From contig NC_058368.1 of the NCBI RefSeq assembly GCF_018350175.1, positions 56,980,001 through 57,044,000 of the forward strand: a DNA stretch of 64,000 bases. Direction: 5' to 3'. The stretch's first letter is position 1. The number at the start of each line of letters is the position of its first letter. This document shows, in pieces, positions 13,557 through 27,099 of this stretch. The notes below the pieces were generated by a model, which worked only from the letters and a program-made list of their open reading frames with translations, did no database searches and was not told where the DNA came from. Position numbers and translations under genes: made by a program. The DNA is from Felis catus. Taxonomy: Eukaryota.

Positions 13557-15322
13557 GTGCTAAATTAAAACATCAACACTTTGTGCCTTTCTGGCTGTTT
13601 TCTTGGTTGCAAGTAAAATACAACTCTAACTTAGATAGAACCTCAGAAAAGGCCAGTGCTCTTGGGTGTCAGGGATGATTGGAATCATGGATTCAAACAA
13701 GACAAAGATGCTTTCCTCTCCATCTCTACACTCTACTCCTCTGAGTGCTGTCTTCACTTTCTTAGGTAGGCTTCCTCTCTACACCTACAGACATGATGGC
13801 CGACAGCAGGTAGGTGCCAGACACAAATACCTCATTTCCAGAGTTTCCAACTGAAAAAAAAAATCCCAGATAAAAGGCCACTGGTCCATACGGTCCCTTG
13901 TCCAACTAAGTGGTCAGATAATGTGAGCATTATTTTTCAAGGTCTCCAGTAGAAGAACAAGGATAGAGTGGGATAGTTCGTGAAAGATTGTGGGTGTTGG
14001 TAATAAACAAGAGGAAATGGTGCTTGCAGGTAAAAGTAAAAATCTATAGCATAGGGTTTCATAAATCCTCAATATACTGAATGAAAACCAGATCAATACT
14101 GCCGTCTAAATTGTAGCAATGATAAGAAGAAACAAGTGATTATATAAACTGCTAGAATAAGAAAAGAAATATATATGTTCATTCTAGACACTCTAATTGT
14201 CTTCCAAAATTGATTTAAGTGTTGGAGGAAATGGAGGTAATTGGAAAGTCTAGTTTTAACACTTTGAGCTTTAGGCTATTATGGGTTTTGTGTTTTCAAG
14301 TGCTACATGTAATGAGTAGCTAGTGTTTTGGAAACATTAGGTTACCTAGGTTTAGTGCCATCTGATACAGAAATGATTGCAAAGAGGCAAATGTAATTTA
14401 GGGAGTCTAATGTGCTCCATTCCATTTCTTTACCAAAATGAATTTCATTAGATATATATTTGGTTACCTTCAGTTTTATCTTTATTTTTTACTGTGTGAA
14501 CTATTCCAGTGATTGGTGTCTTCTAAGAAAAGTAGACTTACACCTTTAAAAGTTTTGTTTTTTAGGAACTTATTTTGAAGTGATGGTCCCCTCACTTGGT
14601 AGCTCTTCTTGTCTGTCAAACAGCCCCCGGGGTATTATGTCTTTTTAGTGTTTGAAGGTTTATCTTGAAGATAGGTACAGAAAGACAGTCTTTCTTACTA
14701 GATTTTTAAGGTCTCTTTTTAAGGTTATTTGGCAATTATTCCTTAACTTACACAACTTTGAACCCTAAAGATAATTTTAGAAATCTCATTTGCTGACAAT
14801 GTGTATTTACATAAACGTTTCTGTAGAATTATTTTATCAACACTTTTATAAAAAACATGATAAACTACAATTCTTTTTTCAAAATTCTGAAAATGCTTAA
14901 TACTCTAGATGTAAAAGGGCTCCCTTTAGAAATTCCAAATGTGAAACAACAACAAAAAAAAGAAATTTCAAGTGTGTTTTACATGGAATTATTATTGAAA
15001 AGCAAATATTATATCATGTCTTCAGCACAAATCAGTTTTTATGACCACAAAGTATATATTCATCTTGTTTATTTTCTGAAGTATATTTTATTGTTGTTCA
15101 TAATATAATTTTAAAGTTTGAGTTGTGATTTAATATTAACCCTCCTAAGTCCAAGAAGTATTGGCTCTTACATAATGTTTGATTTTCTGTTATATTCTAA
15201 AATTAATAATGAAATTTATAATTTTTAAATGAAAATATCAACTTGAAAAAATATAGCATATTTTTTAATAACACAAACTTAATATGGTCACACTATGGAG
15301 TGCGTAAATATATTTTGGAGTC

Positions 15323-15531
15323 TTTTTAATTTTTTTTAAGTTTATTTTTGAGAGAGACAGAGAGAGACAGTGTGTGAGCAGGGAAGGGACACAGAGAGGG
15401 AGACAAAGAATCTGAAGCAGGATCCATGCTCCAAGCTGTCAGCACAGAGCCCAATGCGGGGCTCATGAGCTGTGAGATCATGCTCTGAGCCGAAGTTGGT
15501 TGCCCAACTGACTGAGCCACCCAGATGCCCC
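15323..15531 (-). mobile_element. CanSINE
   Basis: Antisense copy; TSD attttg(g/t)agtcttttta. Confidence 0.95.
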
Positions 15532-15877
15532 AATTTTGTAGTCTTTTTAACAGACAGTGTATGTTTTAACACCAATGTACTGCTACATTTAAATCCCAGA
15601 GCTTTTTAGGGAATTTCAGAGCTAACTTGATACCTCTGTAGTAAGAACAAATGAAGAAAACCAAGAAAGCTTTCTTTGCTTTATTAAAATTGTGAAGGGA
15701 TGCACGCACATTAGATATAACTAAGGACATTTGTTATAGAGGCATATTCTTTTCTTTAGTGCCTTTGTATGGACACATAGGAGAAATTTGCTCAAAATCA
15801 AATAAAGTCTCTCTTCCACAGACATGTCAAGGTAGTACTCTATCCTTAAATCCTTAAAGTAATAGGCAGTATATATA

Positions 15878-16086
15878 TTTTTTAAGTTTATTGACTGATC
15901 TTGAGAGAGACAGAGACAGCATGAGTGGGGGAGGGGCAGCAAGAGAGTGACAGAGAGAATCCCAAGCACGTTCCACGCCACCAGCACAGAGCCTGATGCA
16001 GGGATCAAACTCACAAAACTGTGAGATCATGACCTGAGCCAAAACCAAGAGCCAGACACTTTACCAGCTGAGCCATCCAGACATCC
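15878..16086 (-). mobile_element. CanSINE
   Basis: Antisense copy with head, GA tract and tail. Confidence 0.93.
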
Positions 16087-16351
16087 TGGTAAGCCGTATA
16101 TTTTAAATCACAGGGATTGTTGATGTGGTTAACTGAAAACTTGGTCTTCAGGAATAAAATGGATGGATGGTGCACTGAAGTATATTTAGCTATACAGAGG
16201 GGAAAACTGAAGTCCTGATGGATAAAAACACAATTTATTCTCTTCTTAGAAACCTCAAGTCAAAAGCCAAGAGGTTTCCCTCAGTTTCAGATTTAAGGAA
16301 ATTCATACACTCAGAACCCCAATGACCAAAGGCAACTTTGAATTTCTTAAG

Positions 16352-16793
16352 AAGTAGTTATCAAAGTATGGTCCCTTGTTCAGCAACATCAGTATCACCT
16401 GGAAACTTGTTATAAAAGGAAATGCATTTGGGGACACCTGGGTGGCTCAGTTGGTAAGCATCCAACCCTTGATTTCAGCTCAGGTCATAATCTCATGGTT
16501 TGTGACTTCAAGCCCCACATCTGGCTCAGTGCTGACAATGCAGGGCCTGCTGGAGATTCTGTCTCTCGCTCTCTCTCTGCCCCTCCCCTGCTCACTCTCT
16601 CTCAAAACTAAATAAGTGAACTTCAAAGACATTGAAAAAAACAGAACAAAAGAAAACAAAAAAGCAAATGCATTTGTAAGTATTACCGAGCTACCAGGTT
16701 AGAAATTCAAGTTCGGGGCTCATAAATATGTCTTTTAAAAAGCCCTCCAGGTGATACCGATTCACGCTATATATATATAATTTGAGAACCAGT
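16352..16793 (+). mobile_element. MER5A hAT MITE interrupted by a CanSINE
   Basis: tcaaagtatggtccc...cagcaacatcagtatcacctggaaacttgtta / aagccctccaggtgat...tttgagaaccagt. Confidence 0.8.
16430..16663 (+). mobile_element. CanSINE inside MER5A
   Basis: TSD aaatgcattt on both sides. Confidence 0.95.
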
Positions 16794-16815
16794 ATTCTTA
16801 TGAAAGAACCTTACA

Positions 16816-16976
16816 GGGTGCCTGGGTGGCTCAGTTGGTTAAGCATCTGACTTTGGCTCAGGTGCTGACTTTGGCTCAAGTCCTGATCTTATAGTTTGGT
16901 TTGTGAGTTTGAGTCCTGCATTGAGTGAGCTCGAGCCCCCTTTTGGGTAAGCATAAACCCCCGACTCGGGTGAGCC

Positions 16977-17019
<43 letters not shown>

Positions 17020-17058
17020 ACTCTCTGTCAGCCCCTCACTCACTTGGGCCATCTCTCA

Positions 17059-17094
<36 letters not shown>
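16816..17094 (+). mobile_element. CanSINE variant with extended body and a short head duplication
   Basis: ctgactttggctca occurs twice; gagcccc...gggtgagcccc insert; A34 tail. Confidence 0.92.
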
Positions 17095-17096
<2 letters not shown>

Positions 17097-17104
17097 CCTT
17101 ACAC

Positions 17105-17262
17105 GGGCACCTGTGTGGCTCAGTCGTTTAAACAACCAGCTCTTGATTTCAACTCAGGTCATAATCTTGCAGTTTGTGGGATTGAGCATGGAGCCCACAA
17201 TGGGCAAGCCTACTTGGGATTCTCTCACTCATGCTGTCTTTCTTTCTCTTAAAATAAGAAAG

Positions 17263-17332
<70 letters not shown>

Positions 17333-17390
17333 GAAGGAAGGAAGGAAGGAAAAAAGGAAGGAGGAAAGAAAAGGAGGAAAGAAAAAGAAA
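17105..17390 (+). mobile_element. CanSINE whose tail expanded into (AAAG)n(AAGG)n
   Basis: Head at 17105; polypurine STR at ~17257-17390. Confidence 0.9.
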
Positions 17391-17558
17391 CTTACAACTC
17401 TTGCATGATTTACGCAGCCTGCCCTAAAGAGAACTGTGCCCATTTATCAGGGTGACTATGTACAAGGAAACCGATGACATACTAAAAAAAACAAAAAACA
17501 AAAAGAAAAACAAAAAAAAGGGAGGTTATGAGATATTTCTTTTTAAATGTGGTCCCTA

Positions 17559-17786
17559 GGGGCGCCTGGGTGGCGCAGTCGGTTAAGCGTCCGACTTCAG
17601 CCAGGTCACGATCTCGTGGTCCAGGAGTTCGAGCCCCACGTCAGGCTCTGGGCTGATGGCTCGGAGCCTGGAGCCTGTTTCAGATTCTGTGTCTCCCTCT
17701 CTCTCTGCCCCTCCCCCGTTCATGCTCTGTCTCTCTCTGTCCCAAAAATAAATAAAAAACGTTGAAAAAAAAATTAAAAAAAAAAT
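17559..17786 (+). mobile_element. Young felid SINEC_Fc-type SINE
   Basis: Near-consensus with CpGs retained; perfect TSD tttaaatgtggtcccta (17542-17558, 17787-17803). Confidence 0.97.
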
Positions 17787-19242
17787 TTTAAATGTGGTCC
17801 CTACTCCTTGGGCAGCCAACATATCAAGTTTGAACACAAATTTATCTCATAGAAGGCCCAGTAATTCCACAAACCTTTTCTGAAGTTAACACTTGAGTCC
17901 TTGAAGGAAAAGTTAAACATACTTGGTAAATGGCATAATCTACACCTGGGCCCCCTGACCCATGAAGTGAGGGCCATTATTGCTGAAGGAACTTAGTGGA
18001 AAATTCTGTCACTGTCCATCCACACCAATGTCATAATCCAAAGCAATACTACATTCTTGGAAATTTTCAGGGATTTGCAGTATCTTTAAAACCTTAAGAG
18101 ATACAAAAATGATGCTTTTATCACATAGCCTTTTCTATAATCTGTCTGGTGAATAGATCTTGCAATCGGGTGTGACTGTAATCACAGTTGAGGGCAGAGA
18201 GGTGACATTTTTGCTAATAAGTTAGGAAGTCTCTGGCACCTAGCAGCAATTGGGATCTGGCAAATTCATTCTTTCCATGCCAGTTGGAAAGGATATCAAA
18301 CAGTAGCAATGACAGAAGTCCAACTTAATTCTCATTCCCCAGAACTGAATAGTTCAGTTCTGCTGCTGTGTCTTAGTCTTCAAGGACCTCAATCATTTAC
18401 ACTTCCTATATTAAATCATACTGGCCTTCTATACAAATAACATTCTGACACTGGTGACATAAGATCTGGTGAACAGGAGGTATCAGATACCCTAGAAGCC
18501 CAAGTAAAATGCATGGCTTAGAACTAAAGTGCAGGAGACACATCATGACAAATATCCAGAAACATATAGGTATAGATTTCCTGGGGCTTTAGTGGTGGAT
18601 AATATTCTTTTTGAATAGAAGCTAAGATGCTTTACTTTGTGCTCCTTACCACTAGGAGAGAAGTACAATACTTGGTGGGCCTTTTGGATTTTGTAGGAAA
18701 TATATACCATATTTAGGTATGCTGCTTTGACCCATTTGCTCTGTAACTTATACTAGGAATCTTACTTAATTGATGGGCAAACCACTAGTGCTCCTGAGAC
18801 CTTGTACAAGAGAAGTAGTTATAGTTCAACAGTGATTACAGTAGTTGACAGTTCAACAGTAGTTACAGTTCAACAGTGGTCTGTGGTACAAGAAAATGTA
18901 CCGTTTGGTACTGTGGCATTGCAGGTCCAGCATTGCTCCAAGTGTCACTGGTGAGAATGCTGTATGGAGTCTTTGGACAGCCCCAAAGGAGAACCGCAGC
19001 ACAGATACCTAAGGAAAGCCATGCCTATTCGTGCTGATAGCCATGGTTTTTGTTTGGTTGTTTCTTTCTTTGTTTTTGATAGACAGATGGCTTGAAAGAA
19101 TAGTGAAACGGCCAATAAAATGTTTAGTTATGGTGCTATTAGGGAGAAAACACCCTATTACTGTTGTAATATATGAATGAACCAGTGGCCAATATATGAT
19201 GCCAATATATATATTTATAAAAGCAGAATATACAAGTCAAGA

Positions 19243-19404
19243 GGGGTTTGTGGGTGGCTCAGTCAGTTGAGCATCCAACTTCAGCTCAGGTCATGATCTC
19301 GTGGTTTGTGGGTTCGAGCCCTGCATTGGGCTGTGTGTTGGTGGCTCAGATTCTGGAGCCTGCTTCTGATTCTGTGTCTCCCTATCTCACTGCTCTTTCC
19401 CCGT

Positions 19405-19441
<37 letters not shown>

Positions 19442-19479
19442 TTCAAAAATAAACAAACATTACCAAAAATGTTTATTAT
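19243..19479 (+). mobile_element. CanSINE
   Basis: TSD aagtcaaga. Confidence 0.95.
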
Positions 19480-19782
19480 AAGTCAAGAGACCAAGGGGTA
19501 GAAATGGCAGTGGCCCCTCTTACTATATCACTATTACACCTAATAACTCAATTAACTTTGGACTCGGTTGTTAAAAATATATTGATTCCCAAGGAAGAAA
19601 TCTTTCCCCAGATGGTCTAATTATATAGACCGCCTATATATTTATTTAGAGAATATTTGTGTCACTGAAAAAAAAAAAAGATGTAGAAAATGGAGTTTCT
19701 TTGATGGCCAGGGTGATTAATGTCTATTACCAAGCATAACTAAGATCATTTCATGACCAGTTAGAAAAACAAGCCGGGGAGC

Positions 19783-19937
19783 GGGGATGCTCCTAGGTGG
19801 CTAGGAAGTCTCCAATTCTCAGTTTTGATTCAGGTCATGATCTCATTCTAACTGGGTTCCAGCCTTGTGTTGGGCTCTGAGCTGACAACATGAATTCTTG
19901 GGATTCTCTCCATCTCTCTCTGCCTCTCCCCTGCTCA

Positions 19938-19997
<60 letters not shown>

Positions 19998-20015
19998 ATA
20001 AGTAAACTTTAAAAA
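19783..20015 (+). mobile_element. CanSINE with a long (CT)n tract
   Basis: Flanked by agaaaaacaag repeats. Confidence 0.92.
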
Positions 20016-20639
20016 GAAAAACAAGATTATGGCTTCTAGGCATAATTTTGTGTTTTCCACCCCCCATCCCCACCTTTTATCTCTCTTTTTTATTATTTTG
20101 GATGAGGAGTATTAGAAGTAATTAGCTTACAAGTGTTGAGTTTATAAATTCAGAGATTGTGAATGTAAAAAGGATCGTAAATGGATCTTATGGGGAAGCC
20201 AGCCTGTCATGTGCAGATCTTGAGCTTGAGATTTTTGCAATGGAGATCTGTGGATCTGAGTGGGGGCATAGGGAAGAAAGAGAAGTAGGGGGGAGGGGGA
20301 GAGGGCAGGTGGACAGTCATCTTTTTTATGACAGATAATTGACTTATGCCAGGAAAAAGCATAATGTTTTTAAATATGGATAAAATATGAACATAGATGC
20401 CAAACAGTAAAAGAAGAGAACTGTTCTGTTGTTAGACTTTATGAATAATACATATATATGTTTATATAAAGAAAATTGGTATTTTGGTACATTGTTATAT
20501 CAATTTGAAATATATATGAAATGTTTTTAAAACTTTATCTAATAGTAATAATTCCCTAATTTTGCCTTCAGAATAGGAATGCAACCTGCTCTCATTGTCA
20601 TTGATACATATACTTACTTTAATTATTGTCATGTCTCCT

Positions 20640-20975
20640 ATATATCATTGAGTTTCCTAGAGTTGCTACACCAAAGTTCTACAGATTGAGTGACAAACAA
20701 CAGAAATTGATTTTTCCCCACTTCTGCAGGCTACAAGTTTGAGATCAAGCTGTCAGCAGAGTTGTTTTTCTCTGAGGACTATGATGGACGGTTCCAGACC
20801 TCTCTCCTTGGCTTGGTGTGCACAGCTGTCTTCATGTGTTTTCATGAGGTTCTCCATGTTCATCTGTGTCCCTCTGTGTCCACATTTCCTCTTCTCACAG
20901 GGACTAATGACCTCATTTTATCTTAACTATCTCTTTAAAGAGCCTATCTCCAAATACAGTCACATTATGAAGTAC
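20640..20975 (-). mobile_element. MLT1 (B/C-like) solo LTR
   Basis: aacaacagaaattgattttt...gagatcaagctgtcagcagagttg...cctatctccaaatacagtcacatt. Confidence 0.8.
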
Positions 20976-23135
20976 TGTGACAGTCTGTCACAATGGGGAC
21001 AGTATTTTTCCCCCAGAATTATATCCTTTTCTATAGCAAAGGTATAGCCAGGGACCAGCCTATCTAGCCCATTTTTCCCTTTACTCTCCTTGTGGCCTTA
21101 TTACTAGTCCTTGGCAAAGAAATGTGACTAGAAGTGCACAGTGTTACTCATACCCAAGGTTTTAAGAATTATTTATGTCTTCTCCATGCCCCTTTCCCCC
21201 TTTTTGTGTCTGGATAGCTTAAATGAAGAAACCCTAAACTATAGGATTTGGAGCCATAAAATAGAAAGAGCTGGAGTAAATTTTTCATTGCCTGGAGAAA
21301 AAACAGTCGATCTACAACCAGCTACACTGGCATTGTAATGTTATACATATCTATGAGAGAGACTTCCAATCTGTTGTGCCTCTAAACTGTTGGCATTAAT
21401 TTCAGATAGCTTTAATCTAGTTAATTCATAAATATATAGAAGTGGGATGCTGCCATTGATTTAACAGTCATGTTGCAGTCGATTAGATAACAACCACTAC
21501 AGGTTAAAACATTGAAGATTTATATACTGATGAGATATTTGAGAAAATTACTGCTATCTGCAGTAATTCAGAAAGCAAACCATGCCCTATTAAGTCTGTA
21601 GCTCTAGGGAAGCATTTGGAAAAAATGAGAGGTTTCATGTTTGTTAGCTTTTATTTGATGTTTTAGCAAAGGGTTAAAAAGAAATGGCAAAGATTGACTA
21701 ATTTCAGAACAGAGATGGAAAGAAACGGGTGAGAAATGTGGGGCCACACATGTTTGGGAAAGGCAAAGGCGTCTAGATACTAAATAATAAGAGATAATAC
21801 TAGAGAAAAAGATTTGCATGACAAAGACAAATTAGAATTTCTTAGCTAAAAGGAGTTTCAGTCTTTTGCAAAAATTATAGCCAGGGGGTTTGCTTTCCAT
21901 CTAAGCAAATTATTTCAGAAGCATGAGGATCAGAAGGAAAAAAAAAAAGGCATGAAAATTGTAAGTAAAAAGGAACTTTGGTATGTTTACTAGCATGTAA
22001 CTGACTAGTAGCAAATGAATCAGAAATCTACTAAGCTCTCTAAGAAAAACATTGCTGAGAAAAAGGAAAAAAAAAGCCTCATCTATATGTTTTGCAGTTC
22101 TGGGGCACCTGGGTGGCTCAGTCATTTAAGCATCTGACTCTTGATTTCGGCTCAGGTCATAATCTCATGGTTTGTGAGATTGAGCCCTGCGGTGGGCTCT
22201 GTGCTAACAGTGCAGAACCTGCTTAGGGTTCTCTCTCTGCCCCTCTCCCACTCATGTTTTCTCTCTCTCTCTTAAAATAAATAAATAAACTAAAACAAGT
22301 GTTTTGCAGCTCTACAACAACCCTAGGGCTTTAAATCTTTGCAACCAAGGAAGCACCCATCTCTGAAGGAGGATGTACTCCTCACTTCAGATGTAATCAT
22401 GAAGGAACTTGTGACATGAAGAAACTCCCAAACATTGGAATTAAGTGCCAGTAGAGAATGCCAGAGATCCTGAATTTAAACAAGAAAATCCCTCCTTTCC
22501 TAGGATGGAGACTCAGCCATCATTGCCAGAGAGCAGTGCCTGGGGTATTTTTACTGAGGTTATCTCATCCCTGGTTTACCGTTTCATGCTGTGGGAGTTT
22601 GGTAAGGGGCAAATAATTAATCTTTCAATTAATAAATTTCAAGACCATGAGGTACTAGACCTGAATATTATGTTCCAATTGAGATAGTAGACTTTGTGAT
22701 ACAATCAGTACCTGGTATGGACATTGGATTTTCCCCTTTGGGGTAGGAGGAGAATATAGTATGTGAGTTTGAATAAAGCTGGAGGTCAATTCATATTGAC
22801 CAGGACAGACTGTGGAAGATATGGCTGATTGTTCTTCCTAAAATCCATCTCTTCTCTCTCCTGAGCACATAGCTAGATTATATCTCCCAGAATCCTTTGC
22901 CATTAGGAGAGGTCTTATTACAGAGTTGCAGCCAATGGAATTTTGGCAAAAGTGATGTGTGCAACATCCAGGTTTTACTCAAAAAACTTCTCATACAAGT
23001 CACCCCACTTGTTGACCAGAAATAGCCATGTTGAACTTTTAGATGAGTGAAAAGTAACTTCTATTTTGCTAAAGCACTGAAATGTAGACATCCACTGAAG
23101 TAGTTACTATAGCTTCATATTACACTTCACTAATT
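20976..23135 (+). mobile_element. MaLR (MLT1I/J-like) with LTR-like ends and internal remnant
   Basis: LTR-like ~20976-21430 and ~22811-23135 (cccagaatcctttgccattagg...gccaatggaa...aagtgatgtgtgcaacatccagg); internal begins agaagtgggatgctgcca; ends gacagactgtgg. Confidence 0.6.
22102..22298 (+). mobile_element. CanSINE
   Basis: TSD tgttttgcag(t/c)tct. Confidence 0.95.
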
Positions 23136-25600
23136 TTGTCCATCACCCTTTGTTACTAGTATAAACTAGTGTTCCAGGAGCCAGTTCATTGATTTCTTGA
23201 ATATTCACCATTTAAAAAATTTCATTTAAGAAATATTCAGTCTTTAATATGAAATCTTGTGACTAATAATGGCTTTAGGTGATGAAAAATATGAAGAAGG
23301 CAAAAAACTTAGGGAAAAAAAACAGTAAAGGAGATTAGAAGCCCAGAAAATGAATTCTATTTTATTTAGGGCTTGTGCGAGCACTAGCTACACACTAGCA
23401 CAGCAATGGAGAAGATTGCCTCCTATCACCTCCTTACAGTTGTACATTCACCATGGTGCATCTAGTTGATAAAATGATTAGATCGGAAGTAATAACCATC
23501 TGCCCTTTATCTGCCTGGCCACCGCGAAAAGCAAAGTGGTATAAACATGGTTACATTGTTCTTGTGTAAACAGATCAACAGATTGGAGTTGGGAATAAGA
23601 CTGTCTCTTAAAAGGTGTCTCTATTTTTGCACATTTCTGGAAGGTAAATAGTAATAGTTATTTTAAGAAAAAAGTTCAGTGGTGAAAATAAATTAGAAAA
23701 GCAGTCTGCCTCTTTTTTTGTCAGTTATTTTCATTCTTCAATTAATCACGATATGTTAGATTGTCTTCAATATTCCCTACCCCAGTGTTTTTGATCACCT
23801 ACATTGCTTTTGTGCTAAAGCCTCCATTAAAGAGAACCATTTAAGTCATAGAGTCTGCAAAGAAATAATAATAATGATAATAATAACTGTATGATTCTGA
23901 AGTCTGAAATTCTTGCTTCTACCTGTAAACCAAAAATCCAGCCCTATTTAATTTCCTTTAGTTATTTATGGGATGCCTCATTGTGCATTTCACTTATGAC
24001 CATGAAAGACCTGACTTTCCTTTTCTCCCTTTTTCTCTTATTTCTTCTATCATTATCTGAGCAACATGCAAGTTTCCCTGGGTGCTTTTCCTCTGTAGGG
24101 CATTGCTAATTATGCTGTAACTGATGAACTGTAATCCTTGTAGTAACACAATAGTACTGTGTGGTCTGGAGAGATTCTGTGCACAGGAGCATATTGGGAT
24201 CCGTGGGGATTAAGGGGATTATCAAAAGAATCAATACAAGTGATATATTTTCCAAAGGAGAACCCAGTGTATCTACATTTATTTCTAACACAGAGACATT
24301 AAGAGAAACATTTATTGAAATGTTTGTTTATACTGACCTTTTTATTTTCCAAATCAGCTGGCTTGTATCTAAAAAAATAATAATAATGCCTTTATTTTCT
24401 TTACCTTGGTAATATTCCAAAATACTGTTCCACTCATATGTGTTAAAGTGTTTAAGAAATATATTAGTCTTGTCATAGATCCATGTGCAGTAAATTATAT
24501 ATTTTTTTCAAAGATTAAAACATTTATGCTAGAGAAGTTGTATGACTTATGTTGATAGCTGTACGAGTTAGTGGGAGAAAGAAGATTAGAACCCAGGGTA
24601 TCTGCATCCATGCTTACAAGCCTGTACATCCAAAAAGCATATGTTATAAACAAGCTGCTTAGGCAATAGCTATAAAAAGCAAATTTCAAATGATTTCTTT
24701 CAGTGACCTTTTTTCTTCTTCTCAGTATTAATGCAATTAAATGTAGTATAATAATGGTTTTCTTTTTTTCTGCAAGCAATAGAATGCTGATAGCATGAAT
24801 CTAGCATCAATCTCTATTCAAAGAGTATATTCCAATGGAAAGTCAGTCATTCAAGGGAGAAATTCTCTAGAGCTTAGCTTGACACATCAAAGACTAAATT
24901 GAAATAGGAATTGCTTAAATGAAAGAGCTTTAGGCTTTTACAAGATGAAATACTTTTGACTATCTTTATATTGTGTGTGGGCATAAATATTTATTATAAC
25001 ATTTTAAGTATTTTCTATTTACTACAAGTAAACATGGCCAAATTTTAATCAGGATCTGGACATTCATTGTTTATCTGTAATTTGAAAGTTTTGAATTTGT
25101 ACTCTTGTTTATACTAAGGCAATTTGGCTCTACACTGTCTTCTATTGAACAAACTAAATTTAAGCAATATCATTCTGAATAGAAAGAACTAAGACACTGC
25201 TAACATCTGCCTTCCCACATATAAACTCACAACCAATGATGAAACACATTTAAATTTAGACAATCTTATAATAACAGCAGTAAATTCTTAGCTTCTCATA
25301 GGCACAATCAATTCACCTTGTTAACTTTTCCTAACACCCACAGTAAAATTCAATAAGGTTCTATTCTGTCTCCTGTAAACTAAAGGTAGATGGGCCTTCA
25401 AATTTTATTTATAGATGTTGGGAGAACAACAATAAAAAATTGTAAGCTAAATGTAGAATATACGAAGCAGTTAATAAAATCTAAAAATAAAACTGAGCCA
25501 CAGCCCTTGGGGGTATTTAGACTTCATATACTCATAGTTTCAGAAGGAAAAGTAATGAAAAACATAAAAAAGTTTCCACGGAGATAAGATGTTTACTTAA

Positions 25601-25626
25601 GTGTGTGTGTGTGTGTGTGTGTGTGT
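25601..25626. repeat. (GT)n microsatellite
   Basis: Directly visible. Confidence 0.93.
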
Positions 25627-26539
25627 CCGCATGCTCACATGCCAGAGATAGAGCCACAGTATTCGTAAGCATTCAGCTCAAAAGTTATTTTGAATATATT
25701 TAAACAGCAACTTCTATCTCTAATAAGGGGACCATAAACAATTGCTGTGAAATATGATATTTTAGTCTTCGATGAAAAAATATTTCAAGGATGTTTTATA
25801 TGTTTGCAATAGTGACGTCAAGCTGGATTTGTTACAGTCTAGATAATGCAAAGTTCATTTCTATGTTCGATCACAGTCCTTTGTGTAGCTGGCTTTCCAA
25901 CAGTCATCTAAGATTTTTAAGGCAGGTCTCTATCTCAGTACCTGCCTCCATGTCTTGCTCAATATAAAGGTTTGTAAGTATCTAAGGAGTTCATGAAGGT
26001 ACTCTTCCTCAATATGTTTCTATGTAATTAATGGCATAAGGAAAGAATTGAGGAGTTTGGGTAGGATTTCGACTTGGAAAGTGAATCAGAAAACTATGGA
26101 GTCTAATACAAGGAAGTGAATGAGGAAAACATCCCCAGGGTGATGCAGCCATTTTCCACACCTCATGCTGTGACTAATAAAGCCCCCTTTCTAAATCTTC
26201 CATTTCTATACTTAGAATCTTTTCCTTCACTATTCTCTTCAAAGGATAAAAGCCAGTCCGTGTCTGCTTTGCCTGCATGATGCATTTACAATCTACTTGT
26301 CTGAGTGGACTTGCTATTATTTAAACTTGTACAGTATAAGAATTTATAAGTATGAGCATTTGGATTGGGAGATGAGACGAGCAGTCTAGGAAACAGATAG
26401 CTCTTCTCATTTTTTATCTTGTTGATGACAAATATCGTTAAAACATAACATGGCTTGTAAGGCAAAAACTAATTCTCCGTGGAATTTTATGTATTTGGTT
26501 ATAAACCTGAAATAATATGAACAAAAAGTATAGGTAATG

Positions 26540-26755
26540 CACAACAGAAGACTATTACGTCCATGTGCTGTGAAGCCAGACCTCCTGGGTTTAAATCTTG
26601 CCTTTGCTACTTACCAGCTCTATGCCTTTGGATAATTTGCACAAATTGCCTCTGCCTCAGTTTCCTCATGTGCTAAGTAGAAATAATTATATATCTAAAG
26701 TGTAAATAGCTTATGAAAAATCATGAACACTGTTTAGTTGTAAGCAATAAATCTT
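26540..26755 (+). mobile_element. MIR
   Basis: cctgggtttaaatcttgcctttgctacttaccagctct...ctctgcctcagtttcctcat core. Confidence 0.8.
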
Positions 26756-27099
26756 CAAAGACTGACAGACTATATAATATTTTAAGAGCAAATTATACAA
26801 GCTATTCTAAGTTAAACCCAAGGCATATTTTAGTTAATTCATCATAATTAAGACCTGCATTCATGTAAATCTATGTGGTAACGAATGTACCATGTGTTCC
26901 AGAGCAAACAGGAAAATCACAGAATATGTGGTCTACAGTCCTACACTTTAAAATTATATTTCATATATTATATAAAAATATTATATTTCTTCCAACTCAG
27001 ATGAATATCCTCTCAATTCAGGAAAAGTCATTCAGTTTCAGCGAGGCATTCCCAGGAAGTGCGGACTTCTCTTGGAGAGCACAATATTTTGTTATTGTT

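Larger units (their letters stand above)
17415..20425 (+). mobile_element. Highly decayed ERV-L internal relic (pro/pol to dUTPase) with three SINE insertions
   Basis: Degenerate ERV-L motifs: PFTRVT-like at ~17440, LVGLFGFWRQHIPHLG-like at ~18670-18720, GVIDPDYQ-like at ~19710, PPT-like end at ~20410. Confidence 0.7.

Noticed and set aside
17044..17837. K/R/E-rich and GAPGWRSRLSVRLQPGHDL-type ORFs (also at 46231, 46580, 48303, 53210)
   Set aside because: Translations of SINEs and microsatellites.
24106..24291. Hydrophobic ISLVLILLIIPLIP segment as a SERCA-regulator-type micropeptide exon downstream of the 30.5-kb promoter
   Set aside because: No in-frame ATG before it, prolines break the helix, and it does not resemble PLN, SLN, MRLN or DWORF.
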